Assembly (NCBI GenBank): GCA_963727315.1 | Contig: CAVSFE010000002.1 | Coordinates: forward strand, 279,723-343,722 | DNA length: 64,000 nucleotides | Reading direction: 5' to 3' | DNA from: an uncultured Chloroflexia bacterium | Lineage (GTDB): Bacteria; Chloroflexota; Dehalococcoidia; Dehalococcoidales; RBG-16-60-22 | Part shown: positions 37,235-46,593 of the stretch, piece after piece | How positions within the stretch are numbered: position 1 is the stretch's first letter | Layout: the number at the start of each line of letters is the position of its first letter | Notes under the pieces: model-generated | Told to the model about the DNA's origin: nothing | What the model saw: the letters and a program-made list of their open reading frames with translations, nothing else | The model's database searches: none | Translations under genes and position numbers: made by a program

Positions 37235-37378
37235 TATTCTTCTCCGTTATCCGTTATATTGTTATATAGCGTAATATAAACGGGGAGAGAATGCAACTGA
37301 GGGACTTCCCAGGACTTTGAGTGATTGATTTTCATGAAAAGGGTGATGCACCAGCGGTTTCATTATATCGATCTGGTA

Positions 37379-37672
37379 TTAAGGGAGTTTCTTGACTATC
37401 GCGGCAAACTCCTGTTGCGTGTATGCCTTGCATGTCGTTACTTTAACATTACCTTGCGCCGTCAGTCCCAGGACAAAGGCTAGGCCGGCTTCATCACTGG
37501 GCATTTCGCCGATGGCTACATAATCGTACTCTCCGGTAATTACATAAAAGCCCAATAATTTACCGCCCATCTTTTCCAATGTTTTTAACGCCAGGTCGAT
37601 TCGCTGCGGCGCATCTTTGATGGTTTTAGCTCCCTGTTCTGTCAATTTCATTAATAGAACATTTCTTACCAT
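37379..37672 (-). CDS. GYD domain-containing protein
   Basis: The 97-aa ORF follows GGAGGTGG. It has the family-defining ...ITGEYDYVAIGE... motif within a small alpha/beta protein. Confidence 0.8.
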   Translation of the reverse strand: MVRNVLLMKLTEQGAKTIKDAPQRIDLALKTLEKMGGKLLGFYVITGEYDYVAIGEMPSDEAGLAFVLGLTAQGNVKVTTCKAYTQQEFAAIVKKLP

Positions 37673-37742
37673 GGACCACCTCCTTTTTTATGGATTTCGC
37701 TGATGCATCACCCGGCGCTATAAATCTATCCCCAACCACGGA

Positions 37743-40334
37743 CTATGTCAATCCCTCTCCTGCTTTCTTCTTCAACTCATATAGTTTATTCAGGGCTTCC
37801 AGCGGCGTCAGGCCGTCGAGGTCAAGCCCTTTGAGCTCTTCCTCCACCGCCGATTTCCCACCGAACAGAGGCATCTGCTGGACGGGTTCCCGCGAACGTT
37901 TGGCGGGCTTCCCCTGACGCCCGTTGGTCTCGAGCTCATCGAGGACCTCGCGGGCGCGGTGCAGCACCGACCGCGGCAGGCCGGCCAGTTGCGCCACGTG
38001 GATGCCGTAGCTCTTGTCCACCCCGCCCGGCACGATTTTGTGCAGGAAAATCACTTTACCCGCCTCCTCGATGACCGCCACGTTGAAATTTTTGACCCGG
38101 GGCAGGTACCCCGCTAGAGCCACCATCTCGTGGTAGTGCGTGGCGAAGACTGTCCGGGCGCCGAGCCCTTTATAGTTGTGGATGTATTCGGCGACGGCGC
38201 GGGCGATGGAGAGTCCGTCGTAGGTAGACGTGCCGCGGCCGATTTCGTCCAGGATGAGGAGGGAGCGCGGCGTGGCGTTATTTAAAATATTGGCGGTTTC
38301 GACCATCTCCACCATAAAAGTCGACTGCCCGGCGGCGAGGTCGTCCCGCGCCCCGATGCGGGTGAAAATGCGGTCGACGATGCCTATTTTGGCCGACTCC
38401 GCCGGGACGTAGCTGCCGATTTGCGCCAGCAGGACGATAAGGGCGACCTGCCTCAAATACGTGGACTTGCCGGACATATTCGGCCCGGTGAGGACGATAA
38501 GCTGGGCGTCGTCGCGGGACAAATAGATGTCGTTGGGGACGAAGCTGCCGGCGGCGAGGCTCTTCTCCACGACCGGATGTCGGCCTTGGCGAATATCAAT
38601 TACGTTACCGTCGTTAAGCTCCGGGCGGACATAGTTATGGTGTACCGCTACCTCCGCCAGACTCGAAAAGACATCGAGATGCGCCAGGGTGGACGCCAGC
38701 GCCAGGACCTTTTCGCTTTCGGCGGCCACCTGTTGACACACCCTCCGGAAAAGGTCGGTCTCCATCGCCTCGATGCGGTCGCGGGCGTTCAGGATGAGCG
38801 ATTCGTACTCTTTAAGCTCCGGCGTGAAAAAGCGCTCGCCGTTGACGAGGGTCTGCTTGCGGATAAAGTCCGCCGGTACCTGCTTGAGATTGGCGTTGGA
38901 CACCTCGATGTAGTAGCCGAAGACGTTGTTAAAGCCGACCTTGAGGTTTTTAATGCCGGTGCGCTCGCGTTCCTTCCGCTCGAGGTCGGCGAGGTACTTG
39001 CGGGCATTGCCGGATGACTGGCGCAGGTCGTCCAGCTCTTTAGAAAACCCCGGTCTTATCACCCCGCCCTCGCCCGGAGCTGACGAAGGCTCATCGACGA
39101 TGGCGCCCGCGATTAAATCGACCACCTCCCGGCAGGGCTTCAGTCCGTCCTTGAGCCAGTCGATAGCCCCGGCGCTGTCACCGCTATCTATTATCTCTTT
39201 AAGTTTGGGTACGGCTTCCAGGCTGCGGCGTAAGCTTACCAGCTCCCGCGGGATGGCGATTTCCCCCCGCACCCGGTTAATCAGTCGCTCGAGGTCGGAG
39301 ACATCTTTTAATGCCCCCATAAGCTGGCGGCGGACGAGAGCGACTCCGGCAAACCATTCGATGGCGTCGAGTCTCTTATCCAGCGCCGCCGCGTCCAGCA
39401 GGGGCTGCCCCAGCCATTTCCGCAGCAGCCGGCCGCCCATCGGCGTTTTCGTAGCGTCAATCACCGACAGCAGCGAGCCTTCCACCGACCCCGAGCGGGC
39501 GCCCTGGAAAATCTCCAGGTTACGCTGGGTCTGCTCGTCCAGGGCCATGAAACCGTCGGTCGAATAGGTGGTAAGATGGGTCAGTTGCCCCAGCACGGTC
39601 TTTTGCGTCTCCCCGATGTAGTGGACGATCGCCCCCGCCGCCCTTATCGCCAGCGGCAGGCGCGCGCAGCCGTAGCCTTCGAGGGTAGTCACACCGAAGT
39701 GTTCGAGCAGGGCCTGGCGGGCAATCTCCACTTCAAAACGATAGGGGTCGAGGCGGGTAACGTTTTCGGCGATTCCCAGGCTGTCCAGATTGACCCCCTC
39801 GGCGGCGATGATCTCCGATGGATTCAACCTCTGCAACTCCGTAATCGCCCTGGTCAAAGGCAGCTGTGTCACGGCGAACTCGCTGGTGGTGATGTCTACG
39901 AAGGCCAGGCCGACCTCCCCTTCTCCCACCGCCAAGCCGGCCAGGTAGTTGTTGCTTTTGCTGTTTAACAGTCCCGGCTCGACGACCGTGCCCGGCGTCA
40001 CCAGCCGGACGACGTCGCGCTCGAGCATCCCTTTGGTCTCGCCGGGCTTGGTGAGCTGCTCGCAGATGGCGACTTTGTAGCCTCGATTTATCAGTCTGGC
40101 CAGGTAGCCGTCCAGCGCGTGGTACGGGATGCCCGCCAGCGGAATCTTGTTGCCCTTGCCCATTTCCCGGGAGGTCAGGACGATTTCCAGCTCTTTAGAG
40201 GCTATCCGGGCGTCCTCGTCGAAGGTCTCGTAAAAGTCCCCCAGTCTAAAGAGCACGATGGCGTTGGGATACTGCTTCTTGATGCGGAGGTACTGGCGGC
40301 GGACGGGGGTAACGTCATCTTTCATGGCAAGCAT
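37743..40334 (-). CDS. mutS: DNA mismatch repair protein MutS
   Basis: 863-aa ORF. The N-terminal mismatch-binding region reads TPVRRQYLRIKKQYPNAIVLFRLGDFYETF. Walker A is GPNMSGKST, with DEIGRGTSTYDG following. Confidence 0.95.
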   Translation of the reverse strand: MLAMKDDVTPVRRQYLRIKKQYPNAIVLFRLGDFYETFDEDARIASKELEIVLTSREMGKGNKIPLAGIPYHALDGYLARLINRGYKVAICEQLTKPGETKGMLERDVVRLVTPGTVVEPGLLNSKSNNYLAGLAVGEGEVGLAFVDITTSEFAVTQLPLTRAITELQRLNPSEIIAAEGVNLDSLGIAENVTRLDPYRFEVEIARQALLEHFGVTTLEGYGCARLPLAIRAAGAIVHYIGETQKTVLGQLTHLTTYSTDGFMALDEQTQRNLEIFQGARSGSVEGSLLSVIDATKTPMGGRLLRKWLGQPLLDAAALDKRLDAIEWFAGVALVRRQLMGALKDVSDLERLINRVRGEIAIPRELVSLRRSLEAVPKLKEIIDSGDSAGAIDWLKDGLKPCREVVDLIAGAIVDEPSSAPGEGGVIRPGFSKELDDLRQSSGNARKYLADLERKERERTGIKNLKVGFNNVFGYYIEVSNANLKQVPADFIRKQTLVNGERFFTPELKEYESLILNARDRIEAMETDLFRRVCQQVAAESEKVLALASTLAHLDVFSSLAEVAVHHNYVRPELNDGNVIDIRQGRHPVVEKSLAAGSFVPNDIYLSRDDAQLIVLTGPNMSGKSTYLRQVALIVLLAQIGSYVPAESAKIGIVDRIFTRIGARDDLAAGQSTFMVEMVETANILNNATPRSLLILDEIGRGTSTYDGLSIARAVAEYIHNYKGLGARTVFATHYHEMVALAGYLPRVKNFNVAVIEEAGKVIFLHKIVPGGVDKSYGIHVAQLAGLPRSVLHRAREVLDELETNGRQGKPAKRSREPVQQMPLFGGKSAVEEELKGLDLDGLTPLEALNKLYELKKKAGEGLT

Positions 40335-40463
40335 ATTCTAGCGGAAATCCAGGCGAAAGAAAAATCCAAAACGTAATAACTTTGTTACTTTATACCGTAG
40401 GATTTTATAACTATTTCACTTGAAAGATGCTTTAATCGACAAAGAACGGAAAAGGAGGGAAAT

Positions 40464-40760
40464 ATGCTGTACATGGTAGTATCCACGCACGAACCGGAGA
40501 TTTGCCCTATGACCGACCCCAAGGCGGCGGACAAGATGCGTTACGCGATGGACCACCTGAACGACGTCACCAAGAAACTGAACATCAAGATGAACGGCAG
40601 CTGGGTAGACGCCCCGGCCCACATCATCTACATGCTCGTCGATGCCAACAACGCCCACGACATCAGCCGGATGGCTATAGAGCTGCACCTCATGGAATGG
40701 AACCGGGTGTTCATCTACCCTGTGCTCACCATGGCGGAAGTGGCGAAAATGGTACCGTAG
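40464..40760 (+). CDS. Hypothetical small protein
   Basis: The 98-aa ORF has a strong RBS (AAGGAGGG, 5 nt before the ATG) and non-repetitive, protein-like composition. I recognise no family. Confidence 0.55.
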   Translation: MLYMVVSTHEPEICPMTDPKAADKMRYAMDHLNDVTKKLNIKMNGSWVDAPAHIIYMLVDANNAHDISRMAIELHLMEWNRVFIYPVLTMAEVAKMVP

Positions 40761-40765
40761 CCATC

Positions 40766-42472
40766 TTACTCTTTCTTCTCTATCTGCCCCTGCCGCAGGT
40801 TATTTAAGATATACTGAATATCCGTGCCGCCCATGCCGAAGCGGTGCAGGGTGTGCCTTATCATCTCCAGGCTGCCCTCGAAGAAAGGCAGGACTATCTC
40901 CGTCACGCCCAGTCCCTTGAGCAACCCGACGTCGCTGTCACGGTGGACCCTCGCCACGATGTCCAGCTTCGGATTGATGCGCAGGGCGTTGCGCGCCGTC
41001 AGCTCCTCGGCAACGTAGTCCGGTATGGTGCAAATCAGGACGCGCGCTTTGTCCAGCGAGGCGTGGGCCAGTATCTCCGGGTTGCTGGCGTCCCCGTAAA
41101 TGACCGGGATGCCCCGGCTCCGCAGCTCCGCGACCACGGTGGGATCGAGGTCGATGACCAGGTAGCTGAACTTCTGTTTCTCCAGCACTCCCGCGATGCG
41201 CCGGCCGACGTCGCCGTAGCCGCAGATGACGGCGTGCCGCGAAAGCTCCAGCTTCTCCACGCGCGCGCCGGGGTCGACGCGACTGGTCAACTGGCGGGCG
41301 AACCACGGCTGCTGGCTGAGCCACCGGTAGAGGAAAGAGTTCAGTCCCATGATAAAAGGCGTCAGGAACATCGTGACGAGGGCGGCGGCTATCGTCAGAT
41401 TATACAGGCGCTCGGAAAACAGCCCCTCCCTCCAGCCCATCAGCGCCAGGATAAAGCTGAACTCGCCCAGCTGTACCAGTCCCGTGCCCACCATCAGCAC
41501 CGTCTTGTGGCTGTAGCCGAAAAAACGCGTGATGGCTGTTGAAATGATGAATTTCACCAGCATTATCGTCACGACCACCACGGCGACCGTTCCCAGGTTG
41601 TCGCCGATGAACTCCAGATTGGCCAGCATGCCCAGGGAAACGAAAAACAGCGCCCCGAAGGTGTCCCGCAGCGGGAGGATATCGGCGAAGGCCTGCCGGG
41701 CGAAGCCGGACTGGCTGACCAGCAGACCGGCGGCAAAAGCGCCGAACGCCGCCGAAAGCCCGACGTAATAGGTGCCGAAGGCCGCCGCCAGGCACAGGAC
41801 CACCACCGTCAGGAGGAAAAGCTCCCGGGTGCGCTGCCCCGCCACCCTCTTCATCAGCCAGGGCATCCCCCAGTAGCCGAACGCCAGCATCGCGGCGATG
41901 AAGCCGACCGCCTTGCCGAGGGCGATGCCCAAGGGCGCCCACAGGCTGCCCGTGCCGGCGCCTACCGCCGGTATCAGCACCATTACCGGCACTACGCTCA
42001 GGTCCTGTACTAAAAGTATGCCGAGCATGATGCGCCCGTGCACGGTATCCAGCTCGCCGCGGTCCATGAGGATTTTCAATACTACCATGGTGCTGCTCAT
42101 GGCGATGATGAACCCGAAAAACGCCGAGCCGGTGGTGTTCAGCCCCACCCCGCGTCCGAGCCCGAACCCTACCGCCGCCGTGAGGACTATCTGGGCGATG
42201 CCGCCGATGACGGCGACCCTGCCCAGCTTTAAAAGCTCTTTCAGGGAGAATTCGAGGCCGATGGCGAACAGCAGCAGAATGACCCCGATTTCCGCCAGCG
42301 ATGAAATCGTCGCGGACTCCTGCACAAAACGCAGTCCGTGGGGTCCGATGGCGACGCCCCCCGCCAGGTATCCCAGGATGACGGGCAGCCGCAGCCGGCG
42401 CGCCAGCATGCCGCCGACGACGGCCGTCACCAGCACGATGAGCAGGTCACGGGCTATGCCCAGGCTTTCCAA
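40766..42472 (-). CDS. Cation:proton antiporter (CPA2, Kef-type) with C-terminal RCK/TrkA-N domain
   Basis: 568-aa ORF. The N-terminal ~380 aa are polytopic (GYLAGGVAIGPHG...). The C-terminal region has the Rossmann motif VICGYGDVGRRIA. Confidence 0.9.
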   Translation of the reverse strand: MESLGIARDLLIVLVTAVVGGMLARRLRLPVILGYLAGGVAIGPHGLRFVQESATISSLAEIGVILLLFAIGLEFSLKELLKLGRVAVIGGIAQIVLTAAVGFGLGRGVGLNTTGSAFFGFIIAMSSTMVVLKILMDRGELDTVHGRIMLGILLVQDLSVVPVMVLIPAVGAGTGSLWAPLGIALGKAVGFIAAMLAFGYWGMPWLMKRVAGQRTRELFLLTVVVLCLAAAFGTYYVGLSAAFGAFAAGLLVSQSGFARQAFADILPLRDTFGALFFVSLGMLANLEFIGDNLGTVAVVVVTIMLVKFIISTAITRFFGYSHKTVLMVGTGLVQLGEFSFILALMGWREGLFSERLYNLTIAAALVTMFLTPFIMGLNSFLYRWLSQQPWFARQLTSRVDPGARVEKLELSRHAVICGYGDVGRRIAGVLEKQKFSYLVIDLDPTVVAELRSRGIPVIYGDASNPEILAHASLDKARVLICTIPDYVAEELTARNALRINPKLDIVARVHRDSDVGLLKGLGVTEIVLPFFEGSLEMIRHTLHRFGMGGTDIQYILNNLRQGQIEKKE

Positions 42473-42583
42473 TAACTACTCCTGGATAAAAATTGGCGCA
42501 CCCGTGCTATTTTAGCATGAATTCGTTATAAAACGTACGCATAAAAAGGGATTTTTCTGTTTGCTTATGATTGATTTTCGCTG

Positions 42584-42695
42584 CTCACCCCCTTTATCCC
42601 CCTCTCAAACAGATTTTTCTTTTGGCACTCGATTTTTATTTTATTTGAGAGGGGGAAGGGGAAAAAGAGGGGTTTGTACCCCTCTTAAACGCCCC
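42584..42695. repeat. GC-rich palindromic repeat family, copy R4 (contains a minus-strand terminator-like hairpin)
   Basis: CTCACCCCCTTTATCCCCCTCTCAAA...TTTGAGAGGGGG (arms 42598..42609 and 42644..42655, ~34-nt AT-rich loop). Hairpin AAGAGGGG-TTTGTA-CCCCTCTT lies at 42665..42686, followed by AAACGCCCC. On the minus strand this hairpin is followed by TTTTT. Confidence 0.8.
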
Positions 42696-42778
42696 GTTAT
42701 CTAAGGGGAGTAGCCCGCCGAGAGGGGCGGTGAGGTTTAAACGGGTGAGGTTTAAATAATGAGGTTATTAATTAAAGA

Positions 42779-44179
42779 CTACGCCGCATGGCGCGCTTTG
42801 GCGGCGCTGCGGGCAATGGACTGGCAGAGGAGCCCGAAGACGCTGATCACCGTAAAGATGATGAAGCCCGTCCGGAGGCTCGCCAGGAACTGCGGGTAAT
42901 GCTCCGGCGTTATTTCCGTCTGGCCGATGTACAGCGAGAATAAAATCATCATGATGCCCATGCTGACCATCATCCCGGCCGTCCGCATCGTTCCCAACGT
43001 GCCGGCGGCCACCCCCAGCGATTTCCTGTCCACCGCGCTCATGATGGCGTTGGTGTTGGGGGAAGCGAAAATACCGATGCCCAGGCCGTTGACCGCCAGC
43101 GCCAGCATGATATACCAGATGGGCGTGGCGGCGCTAACGAAGACCAGCATCGCCAGCGCCACGCAGTTGAGCGACATCCCCACCGAGGCGACCAGCCTCG
43201 GCTCGATTTTGTCCGAGAGGCGCCCGGAAATCGGGGTGAAGATGGCCATCAGCACCGAGGCCGTGATGAGCACCAGCCCGGCCCGGTCCGGGTGCAGCCC
43301 CTTGATGTCCTGGAGGTAAATGCTCAGGAGGAAACTGACGGCGAAGGTGGCGATATAAGAGATGAAAATGGCCAGGTTGGAAAATAAAAAGACGCGGTTC
43401 TCTTTGAAGAGGGCGACGTCGAAGATGGGGCTGACCGTCCTCGCTTCCCAGCGCGCGAAAAACGCCAGGCCGGCCGCCCCCAGCACCAGGAGGACGACGC
43501 CGAGCAAGTCCGGCAGGGAGGAAAAACCATAGATAGCCAGAACGATGGAAATGCCGTAGGCGACCGAGCCGATGAAGTCGAATTTTTCGCCTTCCGCCTC
43601 GCGCCACTCGCCCTTGAGGGCATAAAAAACGAGCGCCAGCAGCACCACGTTGAGGATACCGGCGAAGACGAAAATGCTCTGCCAGCCGAACGTCCTGGTG
43701 AGCACCCCGCCGAGGAACGGCCCCAGCGAAAGTCCGGCGTAGGTCCCGGCGGTGCTTATCCCCAGGACGCGCCCCCTCCTCTCGGGGGGAAAGACCGAGG
43801 TCAGTATGGAGACGCTGTTGTTGAACATTATCCCGGAACCTATGCCTATGAAAGACATACTGATAAGCAGCATCACCACCGAGTTGGCCAGCGCCCCGAC
43901 TGCCGAGGCAAAGATGGTCACCAGCAGCCCGATGACGAAAAGCTTCCTCCGCCCGTAGATGTCGGCCAGTCGACCGCACGGTACCTGGACCACCGCGACC
44001 GACAGGAAGAATATCGTGCTGACCCAGGTCATCGCCACCGCTTCCAGGTTGAACTGGTCCCGCAGCGTGGGTATGGCGATATTTATCGCCGCCGATAGGA
44101 ACGGCGTGATAAAGCCCGTCACGGTGGAGACGACGAGCACGATGCTTCTTTTAACGTCGACATTGGCATCGTTGTTCAT
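42779..44179 (-). CDS. MFS transporter (drug:H+ antiporter-like, 14-helix type)
   Basis: The polytopic ORF has the MFS motif-A-like GRLADIYGRRKLF. I chose the ATG at 44179 (MNNDANVDVKRS); the 65-aa Arg/Pro-rich extension to 44374 overlaps the upstream gene. Confidence 0.85.
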   Translation of the reverse strand: MNNDANVDVKRSIVLVVSTVTGFITPFLSAAINIAIPTLRDQFNLEAVAMTWVSTIFFLSVAVVQVPCGRLADIYGRRKLFVIGLLVTIFASAVGALANSVVMLLISMSFIGIGSGIMFNNSVSILTSVFPPERRGRVLGISTAGTYAGLSLGPFLGGVLTRTFGWQSIFVFAGILNVVLLALVFYALKGEWREAEGEKFDFIGSVAYGISIVLAIYGFSSLPDLLGVVLLVLGAAGLAFFARWEARTVSPIFDVALFKENRVFLFSNLAIFISYIATFAVSFLLSIYLQDIKGLHPDRAGLVLITASVLMAIFTPISGRLSDKIEPRLVASVGMSLNCVALAMLVFVSAATPIWYIMLALAVNGLGIGIFASPNTNAIMSAVDRKSLGVAAGTLGTMRTAGMMVSMGIMMILFSLYIGQTEITPEHYPQFLASLRTGFIIFTVISVFGLLCQSIARSAAKARHAA

Positions 44180-44225
44180 AATCAGCCTGAAAAATGATAG
44201 CCCGGAAAGTTGAACTTGTGACGGA

Positions 44226-46454
44226 CTAAACGCTCGATTCAGCTTCCACCGGCGCCAGGGCTTGCCTGGGCACGGCCGGCGGGCGCGGCGCCGGGGATAT
44301 CTGCGACCGGAACCCGCACTGGAAACAGCGCCTCCCCTCGGCGACGGCGCCGTCATTAAGGAGGCCCGTTTCAACCTCAGTAAAGTTGCCCGTCACCTGC
44401 TCCGGAGGCAGGACGGGCATTTTAACGCGGGGCTGGGTCGGAAAGTCGGCGACCGTCAGCCCGGCGCAGGTCCCTATCGCTCTTTCGACGGTCAATTTTT
44501 CGTCGATATTGCCGCTGCCGCCGAGATACCTGTCGATGGAGCTCGCCGCCGTCCTCCCGGCGGCAATCGCCCGGATAACGGAGTCCGGCCCCGTAACGGC
44601 ATCACCGCCCGCCCAGACGCCCTTGCGGTCCGTGGACATGGTCGTCATATCCGCCTGGATGGTGTTGCCCCGGCCTGTCCTGACCTTAAAGCCGGCGGGT
44701 ATTTCCGGCGTCTGGCCGATGGCGCCGATTACGACATCGTATTCGACATCGTACTCGGAGCCCTTCACCGGCACGGGACGGCGGCGCCCGCTGACGTCCG
44801 GCTCACCCAGCTCCATGCGATTACAGGTCAGGACAAGTCGATTACCCTTTTGACTCACCTTAACATGCCCGGTAAGAAAATCGATGATTATTTTTTCCTC
44901 CAGCGCCGCCTCCACCTCTTCAGCGCTGGCGGGCATTTCGGCGCGGGTGCGGCGGTAGATGATATGGACTTCTTCCGCGCCCAGGCGCAGGGCGACGCGG
45001 GCGCCATCGATAGCCACGTTGCCGCCGCCGATGACGGCTACTTTTTTGCCCACGTTCACCTTTTCCCCCAGATTAACGTCCCGCAGGAATGACGCGCCGT
45101 CGTAAACGCCGGGCAGCTTATCGCCCTCAACGCCCAGGGACTGGCCGCGGTGCGCCCCCGGCGCCAGAAATATCGCTTCGTAGCCCTGGTCGAAAAGGCT
45201 GTCGACGGAGTCGACTTTAGTATTAAGTTTTATGTCGACGCCGGCTTCTCGGATAATGTCAATTTCGCCCTCGAGCACCGCCGGCGGCAAACGATAGTCC
45301 GGGATGCCGACGCGCATCATGCCGCCGGCCACCGGCAACTGCTCGAAGACCGTGACGACATGCCCGGCCTTGGCCAGGTAATAGCCGGCGGTCAGCCCGG
45401 CCGGACCGGAGCCCACTATCGCCACCTTTTTACCAGTCGGGGGGAGGTGGAGGGAATAATGTTTCCAGAACCCGTAATCGCGGTCGGCCACGAAACGCTT
45501 CAAAGACTTGATGGAAATAGGTTCGTTCAGGGCGCCGCGCCGGCAGGCCTCCTCGCAGGGATGGATACACACCCGGCCCAGAACGCCGGGGAAGGGGACT
45601 TTTTCCCGGACAATGGCCAGCGACTCCTGGTATTTCCCCTGCCCCACGAGATAGACATAGAGGGGGACGTTAATGCCGGCGGGACAGGCATGCTGGCAGG
45701 GCACGGCCACCTCCTGCCAATCGCACGCCGGCTTATAGGCCGCCGCGGCGTCCATTAAAGCGCCCGTGGGGCAGACCTCGACGCAGGCGCCGCAGAAACG
45801 GCAGCCCGAGTCCTGGAGGGGCTTGTCAAAGGCCGTGCCGACGACGGTATCGAAGCCGCGGTTGATGAAGCTGTACACCCCGATACCCCGCACGTCGGCG
45901 CACATCTGCACGCAGCGCCCGCAGAGGATGCAGAGATTGTAGTCGCGCCGGATGAGGGGCTCGCGGGCGAAGTCCACGGGCAGCTGCTTGTATTTATAGG
46001 GAACGGATATCTCTTCGATGCCGATATAGTCCGTAACCTGCTGCAGCTCGCAGTGCCCGTTGGCGGGGCAGTTGACGCAGCGCTCGGTGACGGCTACGTG
46101 ACGCAGGCAGATATCGTTGGGTCCGCAGCGCTCCCGTCTCTCGCAGGTGAGGCAGGCGTTGGGGTGCTCGCTGAGGATAAGCTGTAAAAAGGCGCGGCGC
46201 AGCTCCTTGAGCTGCTCGGAGTTCGTCGTCACCTTCATGCCGTCGGCGGCGGGGGTGGTGCAGGCGGTGGGCAGGCCGCGCATGCTCTCAATCTCGACGA
46301 TGCAGAGTCGGCAGCCGCCGTAGGGCGGTAAATCGGGGTGAAAGCAGAGGGTGGGGATATAGATTCCGGCGCTGCGGGCGGCGTTGAGGACTGTGATGCC
46401 CTTTTGAACCTCGACGCTTTTACCGTCAATCGTGAGATGGATCTTATCGGCCAT
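44226..46454 (-). CDS. Multidomain Fe-S flavoprotein: 2Fe-2S ferredoxin + NuoG-like 4Fe-4S + 2x[4Fe-4S] + GltD-like NAD(P)H/FAD oxidoreductase
   Basis: MADKIHLTIDGKSVEV...CRLCIVEI is the 2Fe-2S region. HPNACLTCERRERC is NuoG-N-like. Two CxxCxxCxxxCP-type motifs follow. The C-terminal part has VAIVGSGPAGLTAGYYLA and VAVIGGGNVAIDGA (GltD/NfnB-like). Confidence 0.85.
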   Translation of the reverse strand: MADKIHLTIDGKSVEVQKGITVLNAARSAGIYIPTLCFHPDLPPYGGCRLCIVEIESMRGLPTACTTPAADGMKVTTNSEQLKELRRAFLQLILSEHPNACLTCERRERCGPNDICLRHVAVTERCVNCPANGHCELQQVTDYIGIEEISVPYKYKQLPVDFAREPLIRRDYNLCILCGRCVQMCADVRGIGVYSFINRGFDTVVGTAFDKPLQDSGCRFCGACVEVCPTGALMDAAAAYKPACDWQEVAVPCQHACPAGINVPLYVYLVGQGKYQESLAIVREKVPFPGVLGRVCIHPCEEACRRGALNEPISIKSLKRFVADRDYGFWKHYSLHLPPTGKKVAIVGSGPAGLTAGYYLAKAGHVVTVFEQLPVAGGMMRVGIPDYRLPPAVLEGEIDIIREAGVDIKLNTKVDSVDSLFDQGYEAIFLAPGAHRGQSLGVEGDKLPGVYDGASFLRDVNLGEKVNVGKKVAVIGGGNVAIDGARVALRLGAEEVHIIYRRTRAEMPASAEEVEAALEEKIIIDFLTGHVKVSQKGNRLVLTCNRMELGEPDVSGRRRPVPVKGSEYDVEYDVVIGAIGQTPEIPAGFKVRTGRGNTIQADMTTMSTDRKGVWAGGDAVTGPDSVIRAIAAGRTAASSIDRYLGGSGNIDEKLTVERAIGTCAGLTVADFPTQPRVKMPVLPPEQVTGNFTEVETGLLNDGAVAEGRRCFQCGFRSQISPAPRPPAVPRQALAPVEAESSV

Positions 46455-46593
46455 AGGCATTAAAAAAGCTACCCCCGGCAAAAGCGGGGATAGCTACCTC
46501 CTGGTGTGGAATCGGGCAATAGCTCGCTGCCGCATTGAGTCAACTTTAGCATTAAATCGGGGACAATTCAAGAAAGGGTCGGGGCGCTGGATA

